DNA of 64,000 nucleotides from Campylobacterales bacterium (lineage in GTDB: Bacteria; Campylobacterota; Campylobacteria; Campylobacterales; QNZT01), in contig JAJRSK010000025.1 in assembly GCA_024278835.1 (NCBI GenBank), forward strand, positions 41,907 through 105,906, written 5' to 3'. The position numbers and the translations under genes are program-made. Shown here in pieces: positions 39,624-49,103 of this stretch. How positions within the stretch are numbered: position 1 is the stretch's first letter; the number at the start of each line of letters is the position of its first letter. The notes under the pieces were generated by a model that was not told where the DNA came from, searched no databases, and was given only the letters and a program-made list of their open reading frames with translations.

Positions 39624-40169
39624 ATGAAAAAAAATAACACACTCCTACTTGGTATCGGAAATGTCCTCCAAAAAGATGACGGCATCGGCGTTTATGCTGC
39701 GGAGTATCTACTACACAACTACACTTTTACCCCTCACTTATCCATCATCAATGGTGGTGTAGAAGGCATCAAGCTACTTGATTTGTTTATAGAGTATGAA
39801 GAAATCATCATCATAGACACTATCATGATAGAGGATACTCCTGCCTCCATCTACAACATCCCCGCCCAAAAGCTAGGCGGCTATGGTTTAAACAGTGGCA
39901 GTGCCCATGAGATAGGTGTACTACAATGTCTTGATATGCTCGATATGCAAGCAAAAAAGAGACCAAAAGCCAATATCATCGGTATCATCCCTCAAGAAAT
40001 CACTTTTGAATTTGCTCTCAGTGAGAGACTTACAGAAGCATTTGATGGCTATATCAAGGTCATCTTGGCAGATTTACAATCCAAAGGCTTTGAAGCAACA
40101 AAGCATGATGATATCTCTCTAGAAAAAATCATAAACAAGTTTAAAGACCCTGCCTCTTTTAGAGTTTAA
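39624..40169 (+). CDS. [NiFe]-hydrogenase maturation endopeptidase (HyaD/HybD/HupD family), second copy
   Basis: LLLGIGNVLQKDDGIGVY N-terminus and a conserved His near the C-terminal third. Confidence 0.75.
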   Translation: MKKNNTLLLGIGNVLQKDDGIGVYAAEYLLHNYTFTPHLSIINGGVEGIKLLDLFIEYEEIIIIDTIMIEDTPASIYNIPAQKLGGYGLNSGSAHEIGVLQCLDMLDMQAKKRPKANIIGIIPQEITFEFALSERLTEAFDGYIKVILADLQSKGFEATKHDDISLEKIINKFKDPASFRV

Positions 40170-40908
40170 CCAGACTTGTCTCCCAGCCATCATACGCCCC
40201 ACCAAACTGCTCTGACTTTTCGATAAGCCAGAGTGTCAACGCATCGATATCATGATAGAAAGGCTTGTCTATTCTATAAAACTTCACTCCCTTGACTCCC
40301 TCTTCATTTTCGATATCTTCTTGAAAAGAAAACCCCTCCTCTTCTAGCATCTGGACAAAACCACTTCTATCGCCACCTTCAGGGAAATAGACCTTATGTT
40401 CAATAGCCCGTTTTTGATGTAGGGCATCGCCCTGCTCGGCTAAGCTTTGGCATACTTTATGATTTTGGATGATTTGCCACTCGGCTGCTGTGGGGAAAAG
40501 AAGATGTTGATAATAGTTCCACTCATGGTCTTCTTGGTAACCACTACTCACTTCATAGTGTGAAAATTCATCTAGTGCATAGTCTAAAAAGTCTTGCCAA
40601 TTGTAGGTAAACTGAAGATAATAGATAAATGTTACCGTGCCATTGGAGATAACCCTCCCCACATACTTTCCGATACGAAACTTGATAAGTGAAGCTTCTA
40701 ACTTATCCTCCAAGTAGAGTATCTCAGGCTCTTCACTTTCAGATAAAAGTCCCTTTTCATTGGGCTCTTTTAATGTCACCTTGACAAATGCCACATTGGG
40801 ATGGATAAACTTTTGATTTTCAATCTCCATCGAGATACCTGCATTAAACTGTATGGAGGCAGGATGACCATCCACATTTTTCATATAAATTTCCCAATAC
40901 TCTTGCAT
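40159..40908 (-). CDS. DUF695 / RraB-like two-domain protein
   Basis: The N-terminal half resembles DUF695. The C-terminal half resembles the regulator-of-RNase-activity-B fold. Assignment is by pattern only. Confidence 0.4.
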   Translation of the reverse strand: MQEYWEIYMKNVDGHPASIQFNAGISMEIENQKFIHPNVAFVKVTLKEPNEKGLLSESEEPEILYLEDKLEASLIKFRIGKYVGRVISNGTVTFIYYLQFTYNWQDFLDYALDEFSHYEVSSGYQEDHEWNYYQHLLFPTAAEWQIIQNHKVCQSLAEQGDALHQKRAIEHKVYFPEGGDRSGFVQMLEEEGFSFQEDIENEEGVKGVKFYRIDKPFYHDIDALTLWLIEKSEQFGGAYDGWETSLVKL

Positions 40909-40957
40909 TTATACCTTTCCTAAATTATATTAACGCTTTTACGTCGTTGAATGTTCA

Positions 40958-41299
40958 TTACTCCATCTCCAAACTCATCAGATACATATCTTCCCCATCA
41001 GTCGTATCCATGCCAAGATGCCCACAGTTTCTGCACTTATAATTTATCTCATCTATCTCATACTCTTCTTGACATTCACGGCATTTGACTTTGAGTTTCT
41101 GTTCATTTATCACAAACTCCGCCCCATCACAGAGTGTCCCCTCTTTGAAAGTATCAAACGCCACTTGAAGCAGATGTATCTCAATCCCACTCATCACACC
41201 TATCTTGCAGATGACTTTGGTAATCTTTGTAGCACTATTTTGCTGGGCTATCTCTTCGCATTGATTTAAAAGGGCTTGAACGACACTGTACTCATGCAT
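40958..41299 (-). CDS. hypA: Hydrogenase nickel-insertion protein HypA
   Basis: MHEYS N-terminal Ni site. Zn motif CRECQ...CRNCG. 113 aa. Confidence 0.9.
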   Translation of the reverse strand: MHEYSVVQALLNQCEEIAQQNSATKITKVICKIGVMSGIEIHLLQVAFDTFKEGTLCDGAEFVINEQKLKVKCRECQEEYEIDEINYKCRNCGHLGMDTTDGEDMYLMSLEME

Positions 41300-41326
41300 T
41301 TATCTTCCTGAATAGTTATTCAGTTA

Positions 41327-42937
41327 TTATACTTTGTTAAATCTTTTAGGTGTCGCAGTCGGACACACTTTATACACAAATTCATATCTTAGCTTATGAA
41401 ACACACTCCCTTCATCCCAAAACTCTGGATGCATCACTTCTAGTTCTCTCTCTTTTAAAGCTTCTATTTTTTCACGGTTTTGCTCTAAAAAATCCTGCTT
41501 ATCCCAGATAAAATCATCATCCATTTTTGATAGACAAAAGCTATTCAACTCTTCATAATAGTTGCTATCATGATAGACTTCATCCACCATGCCTATCTTT
41601 TTAGCTTCACTCACCGATATCGGCAGGCACGATTCTAATAACTCTTTTGCCTTCTGCTCTCCCACTCTTTTTGGTAAAGTGTAGCTGTGATACTCACTCC
41701 CACTAAGCCCCAAAGTTTTATAGTGAGGATTTAAAACTACACCCTCTTTGCCTACTACATAATCACAAGCTAATGCCATGAAAACCCCTCCAGCACCTGC
41801 ATTTCTAGCGAGGCTTGCGATGGTGACTATCTCATCAGCATAGAGTATGGAGCTTATGAGGTCATTCATGGCATTGATATTTGCCCAGCCATCTTCGCCC
41901 TGTTTTTGACTATCTTCGAGGATGTTTAAGTGTATGCCGTTGGAAAAAAAATCCATCCCACCCACTAAAACCAACACCTTGCAATGCTCTTTGAGATAAT
42001 CAACACAATATTTCAGCCGTGTGCATTGTGCGTCACTCATCGCACCATTGTGAAAGTTAAAGCACAGATATGCCACCTCATCTCGCATCTGGACACTCGT
42101 CTCATAAAAAGTCGCATAAGATTTATCAAACAACAGTGGCAATCTATCCTCCCTCACCCCTGCCAACCTATCTTTGAGCAGATAAGTAGCAGGAAGTTTA
42201 AAATGCTGAGGCTCTTTGAGATGTGTTATCCACACCGCCCCATCCACCGTCCCTAGACAAATTGCCCCATCTCGCTTGGCTAAAATCTCTTTGGGCTTAC
42301 CCACAAGCTTCTCCTCTCTCCAACCGCCAAAGAGATAACACACCACACCCAATATCTCATCCAACACACCAGGAAAACTATCTGCTTGATAAATCTTTTT
42401 CAATATCACTTCCGTGCTATCATGATACCAGTCGATACTTCGCATATCTTGGGTAAAAGGCTTGTGCAGAGGATTTAAAACTTGCTTCATATCCAAAGGA
42501 TTTTCAAAAAACTGATCCAACGCCTTTAAAAAACTCCTCGTCACCTCTTGGCGATACAAAGAAGCCTTATAACTATCTCGCACCTCAAAATCCACACAAG
42601 AGATGATATCCCCAGCATCCAACTCCTCAGAGGCTCTTAGTATCACCACACCCCACTTTTTCGAATCCAAAGCATACTCCAACGAAAAAGCACCCCTATC
42701 CCCAACGGGACCCGGATGAAAGATAAAGGTCGAATACTTCTCATAGATGGTAGGTGGAATATACTTTTTAAGATAGGGACAAAGTATCAGCTCAGGCTCA
42801 AAATCCCCTATCTCTTTTAACATCTGTGCTTCATCAATGGCATAAACCACACCTATATCATGATAGCCATCTTTTAGCTTTGTGTAAACAGCTTGTGTAA
42901 GGGAGTTGAAAGTGGTGGTTAGGAGAAGGATTTTCAA
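41327..42937 (-). CDS. hypX: HypX/HoxX hydrogenase maturation protein (formyltransferase-like + enoyl-CoA hydratase-like domains)
   Basis: N-terminal part: ILLLTTTFNSL...CPYLKKYIP...FHPGPVGDRG...WGV...DAGDI. C-terminal part: FHNGAMS..QC..L....VLVLVGGMDFFSNGIHLN. TTG start. Confidence 0.8.
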   Translation of the reverse strand: MKILLLTTTFNSLTQAVYTKLKDGYHDIGVVYAIDEAQMLKEIGDFEPELILCPYLKKYIPPTIYEKYSTFIFHPGPVGDRGAFSLEYALDSKKWGVVILRASEELDAGDIISCVDFEVRDSYKASLYRQEVTRSFLKALDQFFENPLDMKQVLNPLHKPFTQDMRSIDWYHDSTEVILKKIYQADSFPGVLDEILGVVCYLFGGWREEKLVGKPKEILAKRDGAICLGTVDGAVWITHLKEPQHFKLPATYLLKDRLAGVREDRLPLLFDKSYATFYETSVQMRDEVAYLCFNFHNGAMSDAQCTRLKYCVDYLKEHCKVLVLVGGMDFFSNGIHLNILEDSQKQGEDGWANINAMNDLISSILYADEIVTIASLARNAGAGGVFMALACDYVVGKEGVVLNPHYKTLGLSGSEYHSYTLPKRVGEQKAKELLESCLPISVSEAKKIGMVDEVYHDSNYYEELNSFCLSKMDDDFIWDKQDFLEQNREKIEALKERELEVMHPEFWDEGSVFHKLRYEFVYKVCPTATPKRFNKV

Positions 42938-42953
42938 TCTATTTTACTTTTTC

Positions 42954-43043
42954 TTACTTATTCAATAACAAGGTTTTCTTCTTCAATATACAACAAATAC
43001 AACTACGATACAAAGCCTCTTCTATTATCTCAGGTAGGCTCAT
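42954..43043 (-). CDS. Candidate 29-aa Cys-rich small ORF (MSLPEIIEEALYRSCICCILKKKTLLLNK) upstream of hypX
   Basis: ATG at 43043 is preceded by AAGGAG (43049..43054) with 5-nt spacing. A TATAAT box lies at 43070..43075. The stop codon is 17 nt before the hypX TTG. Confidence 0.35.
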   Translation of the reverse strand: MSLPEIIEEALYRSCICCILKKKTLLLNK

Positions 43044-43244
43044 AACTTCTCCTTAGTCATATTTTTTAAATTATAGCGAAAAATTGATATGTTATTTATG
43101 TGTACCTACACCTTCCAAACCAAACAAAATCTTAACCTTTTTTCTATCTTTTTAGATACAAGCTACACTTTTGATGAAGCTTCCTGTAAACCCACGCTTG
43201 ACTTCAAAAAAGTCTTTAAGAGATTTAGGAAGTAAAGAGCAACG

Positions 43245-44237
43245 CTAACAAATCCTCGGCAACAACTCCCCAGTCGGCAAGTCTAAAAACCTCTTCGTAC
43301 CCCATGACGAGTTAAGCACTACTTTTGCGATGTGCTCTTTTGTGACTGTGCCAATGATTGTGGCACTATCATGATAGCTTCGCATCACTTCAAGGGCTAA
43401 CATCGCATGCATCTTAGGCACAGCCAATACAAAAGTCCCCTCATTTGCCAAGCTCATCGCTTCAAATCCAAGAAGCTCACATATACCCTGCACCTCATCT
43501 TGTACTGGCACAGAAGCCTCCTCTATCTCAATACAGACTTCTGAAGCTTTTGCCCACTCGTTAAGTACTGCTGCCACGCCACCACGCGTCGCATCTCTTA
43601 GGGCTACGATATCGATATTTGCATCCATGAGAGCTTTTATCTCTGGATAGAGTGAAGCACAGTCCGTTTTAAGCTCACTCTCCAAATCCATTCCCTCTCG
43701 CGCGGCAAATATCGTCGCTCCATGGGCTCCAACATCACGACTTACAAGGATACTCATCCCCTCTTCCAAGCTTGAAGCGGAGATGCCCTTTTTCTCTATT
43801 ACTCCGATACCCGTTGTGTTTATAAAAAGCTTATCAACACTCCCTTTTGGTACCACTTTTGTATCGCCGCTGACTACTTTTGCACCATTTATCTCAAGCT
43901 CTTTTTTCATGCTTCGCACTATCTTTTCAAGCTCTCTTGTTGAAAATCCCTCTTCGATGATAACCGAACATGTCAGATACTTTGGCTTCGCTCCCATCAT
44001 GGCTAAATCATTACAAGTGCCACAAACGGCTAACTTCCCGATATCTCCACCAGGAAAAAAGAGAGGCGAAACAGTAAAACTATCGGTAGTAAAAGCAAGC
44101 TTTCCATCTTCGATAACCGCCGCATCTTCACTGCGTGCTAAGATATCATTTTCAAAATGCTTGTAAAATATCTGGCTTATAAGTTCATTATTCTCTTGCC
44201 CACCGTTTCCATGGGCTATGGTGACTGTTTTGTTCAT
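43245..44237 (-). CDS. hypE: Hydrogenase maturation protein HypE
   Basis: AIR-synthase-like fold pattern and the diagnostic C-terminal PRIC. Confidence 0.9.
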   Translation of the reverse strand: MNKTVTIAHGNGGQENNELISQIFYKHFENDILARSEDAAVIEDGKLAFTTDSFTVSPLFFPGGDIGKLAVCGTCNDLAMMGAKPKYLTCSVIIEEGFSTRELEKIVRSMKKELEINGAKVVSGDTKVVPKGSVDKLFINTTGIGVIEKKGISASSLEEGMSILVSRDVGAHGATIFAAREGMDLESELKTDCASLYPEIKALMDANIDIVALRDATRGGVAAVLNEWAKASEVCIEIEEASVPVQDEVQGICELLGFEAMSLANEGTFVLAVPKMHAMLALEVMRSYHDSATIIGTVTKEHIAKVVLNSSWGTKRFLDLPTGELLPRIC

Positions 44238-44245
44238 CTATATCC

Positions 44246-44596
44246 TTACATCAAATCGCAAATTTTCTCTTTTAAAAAAGCAAACTCTTTATCGTCTAGT
44301 TTTGTTATCAAGCCTCTATCTACCAACACATGCTCAAAGTCAAGTGTGCATATCCAGTTTGCTATCATAAAACTATCTTTTTTGAGATTATCTCTAGCTT
44401 TTATAGCTATACGATAATCATCCTCTATCGGTAATGTTGAAAAAGGTACAACAACAACCTGCTTGTAAATATTTTGTTTAATCGCTTTGTTAAAGAAATT
44501 ATTTTGCATCACAACAGCTGGTCTAATTTTACCAATCTCAGAGTTGTACTTTTCTCCAAAATCAACTAAATATACCTCTCTTTGCCTAATCATCAT
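44246..44596 (-). CDS. PemK/MazF-family type II toxin
   Basis: REVYLVDFG...GKIRPAVVMQN pattern. Overlaps the stop of the upstream antitoxin gene. Confidence 0.7.
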   Translation of the reverse strand: MMIRQREVYLVDFGEKYNSEIGKIRPAVVMQNNFFNKAIKQNIYKQVVVVPFSTLPIEDDYRIAIKARDNLKKDSFMIANWICTLDFEHVLVDRGLITKLDDKEFAFLKEKICDLM

Positions 44597-44864
44597 ACAC
44601 CAGCCTATCTCCAAGCTCTTTTATGGCTTCATCGAATAATCCTTCAAACTCTTTCGCTGAAGCTTCTAACCCTTTTTTATTTCGCTTCAACCACTTTCTA
44701 TACTCAATCTCTTCTATCATCTCTTTGATATATGGAATATCATCTGCCCCTATAAAGATGCCTTTGACTTCATTTGTCTTTTTGTTGACTATCTCTATGA
44801 CATCATCTACATTGTCTAATACAGAGGGTTTTTTGGCTATATCTGAAATTGAAATTGTTTTCAT
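44586..44864 (-). CDS. Putative antitoxin of the MazF-like toxin
   Basis: ATG at 44864 with an AGGAG Shine-Dalgarno sequence 8 nt upstream. A small acidic protein overlapping the toxin start. No family recognised. Confidence 0.55.
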   Translation of the reverse strand: MKTISISDIAKKPSVLDNVDDVIEIVNKKTNEVKGIFIGADDIPYIKEMIEEIEYRKWLKRNKKGLEASAKEFEGLFDEAIKELGDRLVYDD

Positions 44865-44906
44865 ATTTGTATCTCCTATATTCATATAGGATAAGTATAG
44901 CAGATT

Positions 44907-46076
44907 TTAAAGCAAATTTCCATACTTATAATATGCCGCACATGCACCCTCACTACTAACCATGCAAGAACCAATAGGCGTACTTGGCTTACACGCTGTG
45001 CCAAATATCGTACACTCTGGTGGTTTTGCCATGCCTCTTAGGATATCGCCACAGATACAGAGTTTGTGGTCTTCTATCTGGGCAATGGGAAGGATATCAT
45101 GATAGATCACTTCTGCATCATACGCTTTAAACTTATCTTTTAGTTTCAACCCACTTTCAGGGACATTACCAAGTCCCCTCCAGCGAAATAAATCCACTTT
45201 TTCAAAATAGGTATCGATTAGTTTTTGTGCATTTAGATTGCCTTCATGGGTCACTACTCTTTTGTACTGGATTTCTAGTTCACAGCGATTTTCTACAAAC
45301 TGCTTGACAATCATAGATATCCCCTGCATCACATCCACAGGCTCAAATCCACTCACCACCACAGGTCTGCCAAAATCTTTTGGAAACTTTTCATATATCT
45401 TAGCCCCTGCTATCACACTCACATGGCTAGGTCCTATAAAAGCATCTATCTTGTTGTTATAACTATCCACATGGACATCACGGCTGTCTATTAATTCTAC
45501 CATCACTTCAGGCACTGTCACATGGTTTATATGAAAATAGATATTTTTGATATCTTGTTTGATAACTTGTTCGATAAGCACCGCTGTCATGGGTGTAGTC
45601 GTCTCAAACCCTATAGCAAAAAATATCACTTTTTTATCGCTATTTTCTTTGGCTATCTTGATACACTCCATCGGAGAATAGACAAATCTTACATCTGCCC
45701 CTTTGCTTCTGGCATCTTGTAAACTTCCCTTGCTTCCTGGTACTTTTATCATATCTCCAAGTGTGACAAGTATCACATCTTCTTGTAAGGCTAAGACATA
45801 GGCATGGTCTATTCTCTCTTTTGGCATAACACATACAGGACATCCAGGACCGTGAATAAAGTTGATATTTTCAGGCATCAGCTGAGGGAGTCCAAACTTC
45901 ATGATAGAGTGGGTATGTCCACCGCACACTTCCATGATATTGATAGGATGTTTTAGTTTTTTAGCATCATTTGCGATGATTTTAGCATAGGCTTTGAGTG
46001 TATCGCCATCACGAAAATCATCATAAAGATTTTTGAGTTCAAGTCCCATTTGGCTCTCGATTTGGGCATTCATCAT
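44907..46076 (-). CDS. hypD: Hydrogenase maturation protein HypD
   Basis: CGGHTH, GPGCPVCV and PCICG-type Fe-S/Cys motifs. Confidence 0.9.
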   Translation of the reverse strand: MMNAQIESQMGLELKNLYDDFRDGDTLKAYAKIIANDAKKLKHPINIMEVCGGHTHSIMKFGLPQLMPENINFIHGPGCPVCVMPKERIDHAYVLALQEDVILVTLGDMIKVPGSKGSLQDARSKGADVRFVYSPMECIKIAKENSDKKVIFFAIGFETTTPMTAVLIEQVIKQDIKNIYFHINHVTVPEVMVELIDSRDVHVDSYNNKIDAFIGPSHVSVIAGAKIYEKFPKDFGRPVVVSGFEPVDVMQGISMIVKQFVENRCELEIQYKRVVTHEGNLNAQKLIDTYFEKVDLFRWRGLGNVPESGLKLKDKFKAYDAEVIYHDILPIAQIEDHKLCICGDILRGMAKPPECTIFGTACKPSTPIGSCMVSSEGACAAYYKYGNLL

Positions 46077-46338
46077 CTTCTAGTATTGCCCTCTTTCGCT
46101 CCTCTTCATCCATCGCTTCTAATATCTCTCTATAAGTCTCTATGGAAGAGAGAGCCTCTTTTTCATCTATCTTGTTCATCACAAAACCGATATGAAGTAG
46201 GACATAATCCCCTACATTGACATCACCTTCTTGCATCATCAAAAGATTTGCTTCTCTTTTGACACCCATGGTATCGACTTTACACATCATCTTGTCATCG
46301 CTGACTTCTACCACTTTACTAGGAATCGAAAGGCACAT
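46039..46338 (-). CDS. hypC: Hydrogenase maturation chaperone HypC
   Basis: MCLSIPSKV N-terminus with the essential Cys2. Confidence 0.9.
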   Translation of the reverse strand: MCLSIPSKVVEVSDDKMMCKVDTMGVKREANLLMMQEGDVNVGDYVLLHIGFVMNKIDEKEALSSIETYREILEAMDEEERKRAILEDDECPNREPNGT

Positions 46339-46339
46339 C

Positions 46340-47107
46340 TTAGCTTCTCATCTTTTGTTTAAATGCTATCCAGTCTGCTACTGCTTTGACTGACTCTATA
46401 TCGTTGATATTAACTTCTAAGATATCAACATTTGGTTTAATGCGTCTAGCGGTCGCTTTTTCAGCTTCTATATCATACTTAAAATGAGGCAATAAATCCG
46501 TTTTAGTGATAAGCACTAAATCAGCTTGGCGAAACATCACTGGATATTTTGCTATCTTATCTTCACCCTCTGGCACAGAAACAAGCACGATATTTAAGTG
46601 TGTTCCCACATCATAAGAGGCTGGACAGACGAGATTTCCTACATTTTCTACAAAACAGACATCAAGCTCATCAAGTGGCATATCATGAAGCCCTTTATGC
46701 ACCATAAACGCATCCAAGTGACAGGCTGAACCTGTTTGTATCTGATGGGCAACTATCCCTTTTGCTTTTAATCTATCTGCATCTTTGCTAGTCTCCAAAT
46801 CCCCCTCAACCACACCAAACTTAAATGGTGCGATATCAGCTAGATACTCCAAAAGTGTCGTTTTACCACTTCCAGGAGAACTCATCAGATTGATACCAAG
46901 CACTCCGTGAGAGTCAAAATGTGCTCTATTGTGTTCAGCTTCATGGTCATTTTTGTCCAATATCTTCTGTATCACTGAGATAGTTTTGGCATCGTTTAAC
47001 TGTGGATTATGATGCAGATGCTCATGTGCCTTTTGGTGGTCGTGACTATGTCCTTCATCGTGCGTGTGTGAATGTTCTGTGATACTACAACCGCAATCTT
47101 TACACAT
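46340..47107 (-). CDS. hypB: Hydrogenase nickel-incorporation GTPase HypB
   Basis: N-terminal CxxCGC site and a His-rich stretch. P-loop SPGSGKTT. Confidence 0.9.
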   Translation of the reverse strand: MCKDCGCSITEHSHTHDEGHSHDHQKAHEHLHHNPQLNDAKTISVIQKILDKNDHEAEHNRAHFDSHGVLGINLMSSPGSGKTTLLEYLADIAPFKFGVVEGDLETSKDADRLKAKGIVAHQIQTGSACHLDAFMVHKGLHDMPLDELDVCFVENVGNLVCPASYDVGTHLNIVLVSVPEGEDKIAKYPVMFRQADLVLITKTDLLPHFKYDIEAEKATARRIKPNVDILEVNINDIESVKAVADWIAFKQKMRS

Positions 47108-47116
47108 ATTTTCCCC

Positions 47117-47755
47117 TTATCCTACTAATATATTTGTACCAACAACAAGCGATGTAACACCTGCTACTGTAAAAGCTCTTCTAACATTTTGAATATTACC
47201 TAAAAAGTTTTGATTTAAAAAGAGTATCAAAAACCCAAATCCAACAAATATCACCATCACCCCCAAAGTAAATGCAAGCACCATACTCATGCTAACATCC
47301 CCTCCAGCAACAGCTCCCAAAGTGATAAGCATCCCTCTCACGCCACCTATCCCCATCAAAAGCCCCATGGTAAAAGAAGAAGTGGTATCGACTTCGCTAT
47401 GTTCATGGGACTTTCCAAACCAGATATGGATATGCTCTTTGTTATCATGATAGTGTTTTCTTAGATGTATGCGATTGCTTACAACCATAAAAAGCAGATA
47501 CAAACCCATCATGATAATAACCGTAGCAGAGATGATATCCCCATATCCTAATATCTCATCTGAAATCGTCACACTTTGCAAAATCTTCGCAAAAACAAAA
47601 AGACTCAAGCCATGACCGATAGCAAAAAGAGTCGTAATCATAAGCGTCTTTCTCTTTTGCTTACCGATAGAAAAATCAGCAATAGCCGTCAAATGATCAG
47701 GACCAAAAGCATGAAGTATCCCATACCAAAAAATCAATAATAGTGAAAATTCCAT
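47117..47755 (-). CDS. Putative nickel/cobalt transporter (NicO/NiCoT-like)
   Basis: TM motif LHAFGPDHL (HX4DH type) and a His-rich loop HLRKHYHDNKEHIHIWFGKSHEH. Sits adjacent to hypB. Confidence 0.6.
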   Translation of the reverse strand: MEFSLLLIFWYGILHAFGPDHLTAIADFSIGKQKRKTLMITTLFAIGHGLSLFVFAKILQSVTISDEILGYGDIISATVIIMMGLYLLFMVVSNRIHLRKHYHDNKEHIHIWFGKSHEHSEVDTTSSFTMGLLMGIGGVRGMLITLGAVAGGDVSMSMVLAFTLGVMVIFVGFGFLILFLNQNFLGNIQNVRRAFTVAGVTSLVVGTNILVG

Positions 47756-47837
47756 CTTTAGCCCCTATTTGAATGAACATTCACTTATTGTACACTATTT
47801 ATCTTTTAGGTAGTTTGAAAAAGAGTCAATAAGCCTC

Positions 47838-48434
47838 TTGATTTTACTTTTATGGTACAATATGGCAAATAAGGAGTTTATCATGAGTGCCACTTTAAAG
47901 ATTGATGATGTCCGCTATACCTACAATGAATATAAAACTTGGGAGGGAGATTGGGAGTTGATTAACGGTTTTCCACTTGCTATGGCTCCTGCTCCTATGA
48001 AAAAACATCAAAGTATCGCCAGCCTTATCATCCATCATCTTTTAGAACAGCTCGAAGAGTGCATAGAGTGCGAAGTACTCGGCGAAGTTGATTACAAGAT
48101 AAGCAACGATACTGTTGTCAGACCAGATGTCGTCGTCACTTGCAATGAAGAGGGAGAACACTACCTCACAAAAGCACCAAAAATTATCTTTGAGATAGTC
48201 TCAAACACCTCTGCAAAAAGAGACGAAGAGTACAAATACACCCTATACGAATCTGAAAAAGTATCCTATTATGTCCTTGTCTATCCAGATGACTTGATAG
48301 CAAAAATCTTCAAAATAGATGGCAAACAGTATGACAAACAGGGAGATTTTTCAAAAGAGAAGTTTCTATTTGATGGCTTTGAGTGTGATGTAGAGCTTGA
48401 TTTTGAGAGGGTGTTTAGGAGATTTAAGAAGTAG
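47838..48434 (+). CDS. Uma2-family (DUF820) PD-(D/E)xK endonuclease
   Basis: YELINGF-like WELINGFPLAMAPAP...RPDVVV...IFEIVS pattern. Confidence 0.7.
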   Translation: MILLLWYNMANKEFIMSATLKIDDVRYTYNEYKTWEGDWELINGFPLAMAPAPMKKHQSIASLIIHHLLEQLEECIECEVLGEVDYKISNDTVVRPDVVVTCNEEGEHYLTKAPKIIFEIVSNTSAKRDEEYKYTLYESEKVSYYVLVYPDDLIAKIFKIDGKQYDKQGDFSKEKFLFDGFECDVELDFERVFRRFKK

Positions 48435-48455
48435 TTTTAATCATACCATATGAGA

Positions 48456-48761
48456 TTATATCTCTAATTTTATCTTACCAGTAGCATAGTTATGAACCAA
48501 AGCTTGGATAATATTTTGATATGGAATGCTGATATCTTTTGCTTTTTGTTTGATGATGAGTAAATCTTTTTCTTTAAATTTTATGCTAATCTGCTTTTTA
48601 GACTCCAATAGATCAAGCGTCTGTTTTGCACTATTTTTTAACATATCCAATCTCTCTTGACTTGGTTTTTCAAAAACCATATCACTACTCTCAATAGCCT
48701 CTATCAAATCTTTTTCATACTCATCCATAGGCATGAACTCTTTTTCGTCTAATTTTTTCAT
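48456..48761 (-). CDS. brnA: BrnA-type antitoxin
   Basis: C-terminal RHH-like ISIKFKEKDLLIIKQKAKDISIPYQNIIQALVHNY. Immediately follows the brnT-like gene. Confidence 0.7.
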   Translation of the reverse strand: MKKLDEKEFMPMDEYEKDLIEAIESSDMVFEKPSQERLDMLKNSAKQTLDLLESKKQISIKFKEKDLLIIKQKAKDISIPYQNIIQALVHNYATGKIKLEI

Positions 48762-49037
48762 TTACTTATCCTTTTTTAGGTATTTTTTAGTTGCAGCTCT
48801 ACTTGGATATATCGTCTTTAGAAAAATCTTTGTATCTCCTTGCACATAAGGAATAACATAACAATACCCATCAAACTCTATGATAAAAATAGACTGACTT
48901 GGATACTTTTCAAAGTTTGGATGTTTAGTATCACTCAATATCTCTGAGTTTTGTATCTTTTGAACAACCATCTCAAAACTTATACCCCGTTCTCGTAAAA
49001 GTAGCCTATTTTTTTCTTCACTCCATTCAATAGTCAA
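48762..49037 (-). CDS. brnT: BrnT-type (DUF497) toxin
   Basis: IEWSEEKN..L..ERGISFE N-terminus and a C-terminal IYPSRAATKKY pattern. TTG start. Confidence 0.7.
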   Translation of the reverse strand: MTIEWSEEKNRLLLRERGISFEMVVQKIQNSEILSDTKHPNFEKYPSQSIFIIEFDGYCYVIPYVQGDTKIFLKTIYPSRAATKKYLKKDK

Positions 49038-49062
49038 AAAATTACCTCATATATTTACTATA

Positions 49063-49091
49063 ATTATATAGAAAATATTTAGAATTGTCAA
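49063..49091 (-). promoter_or_regulatory. Consensus sigma-70 promoter for brnTA
   Basis: Minus strand reads TTGACA-17 nt-TATAAT. Confidence 0.6.
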
Positions 49092-49103
49092 TACATTGTA
49101 TCG

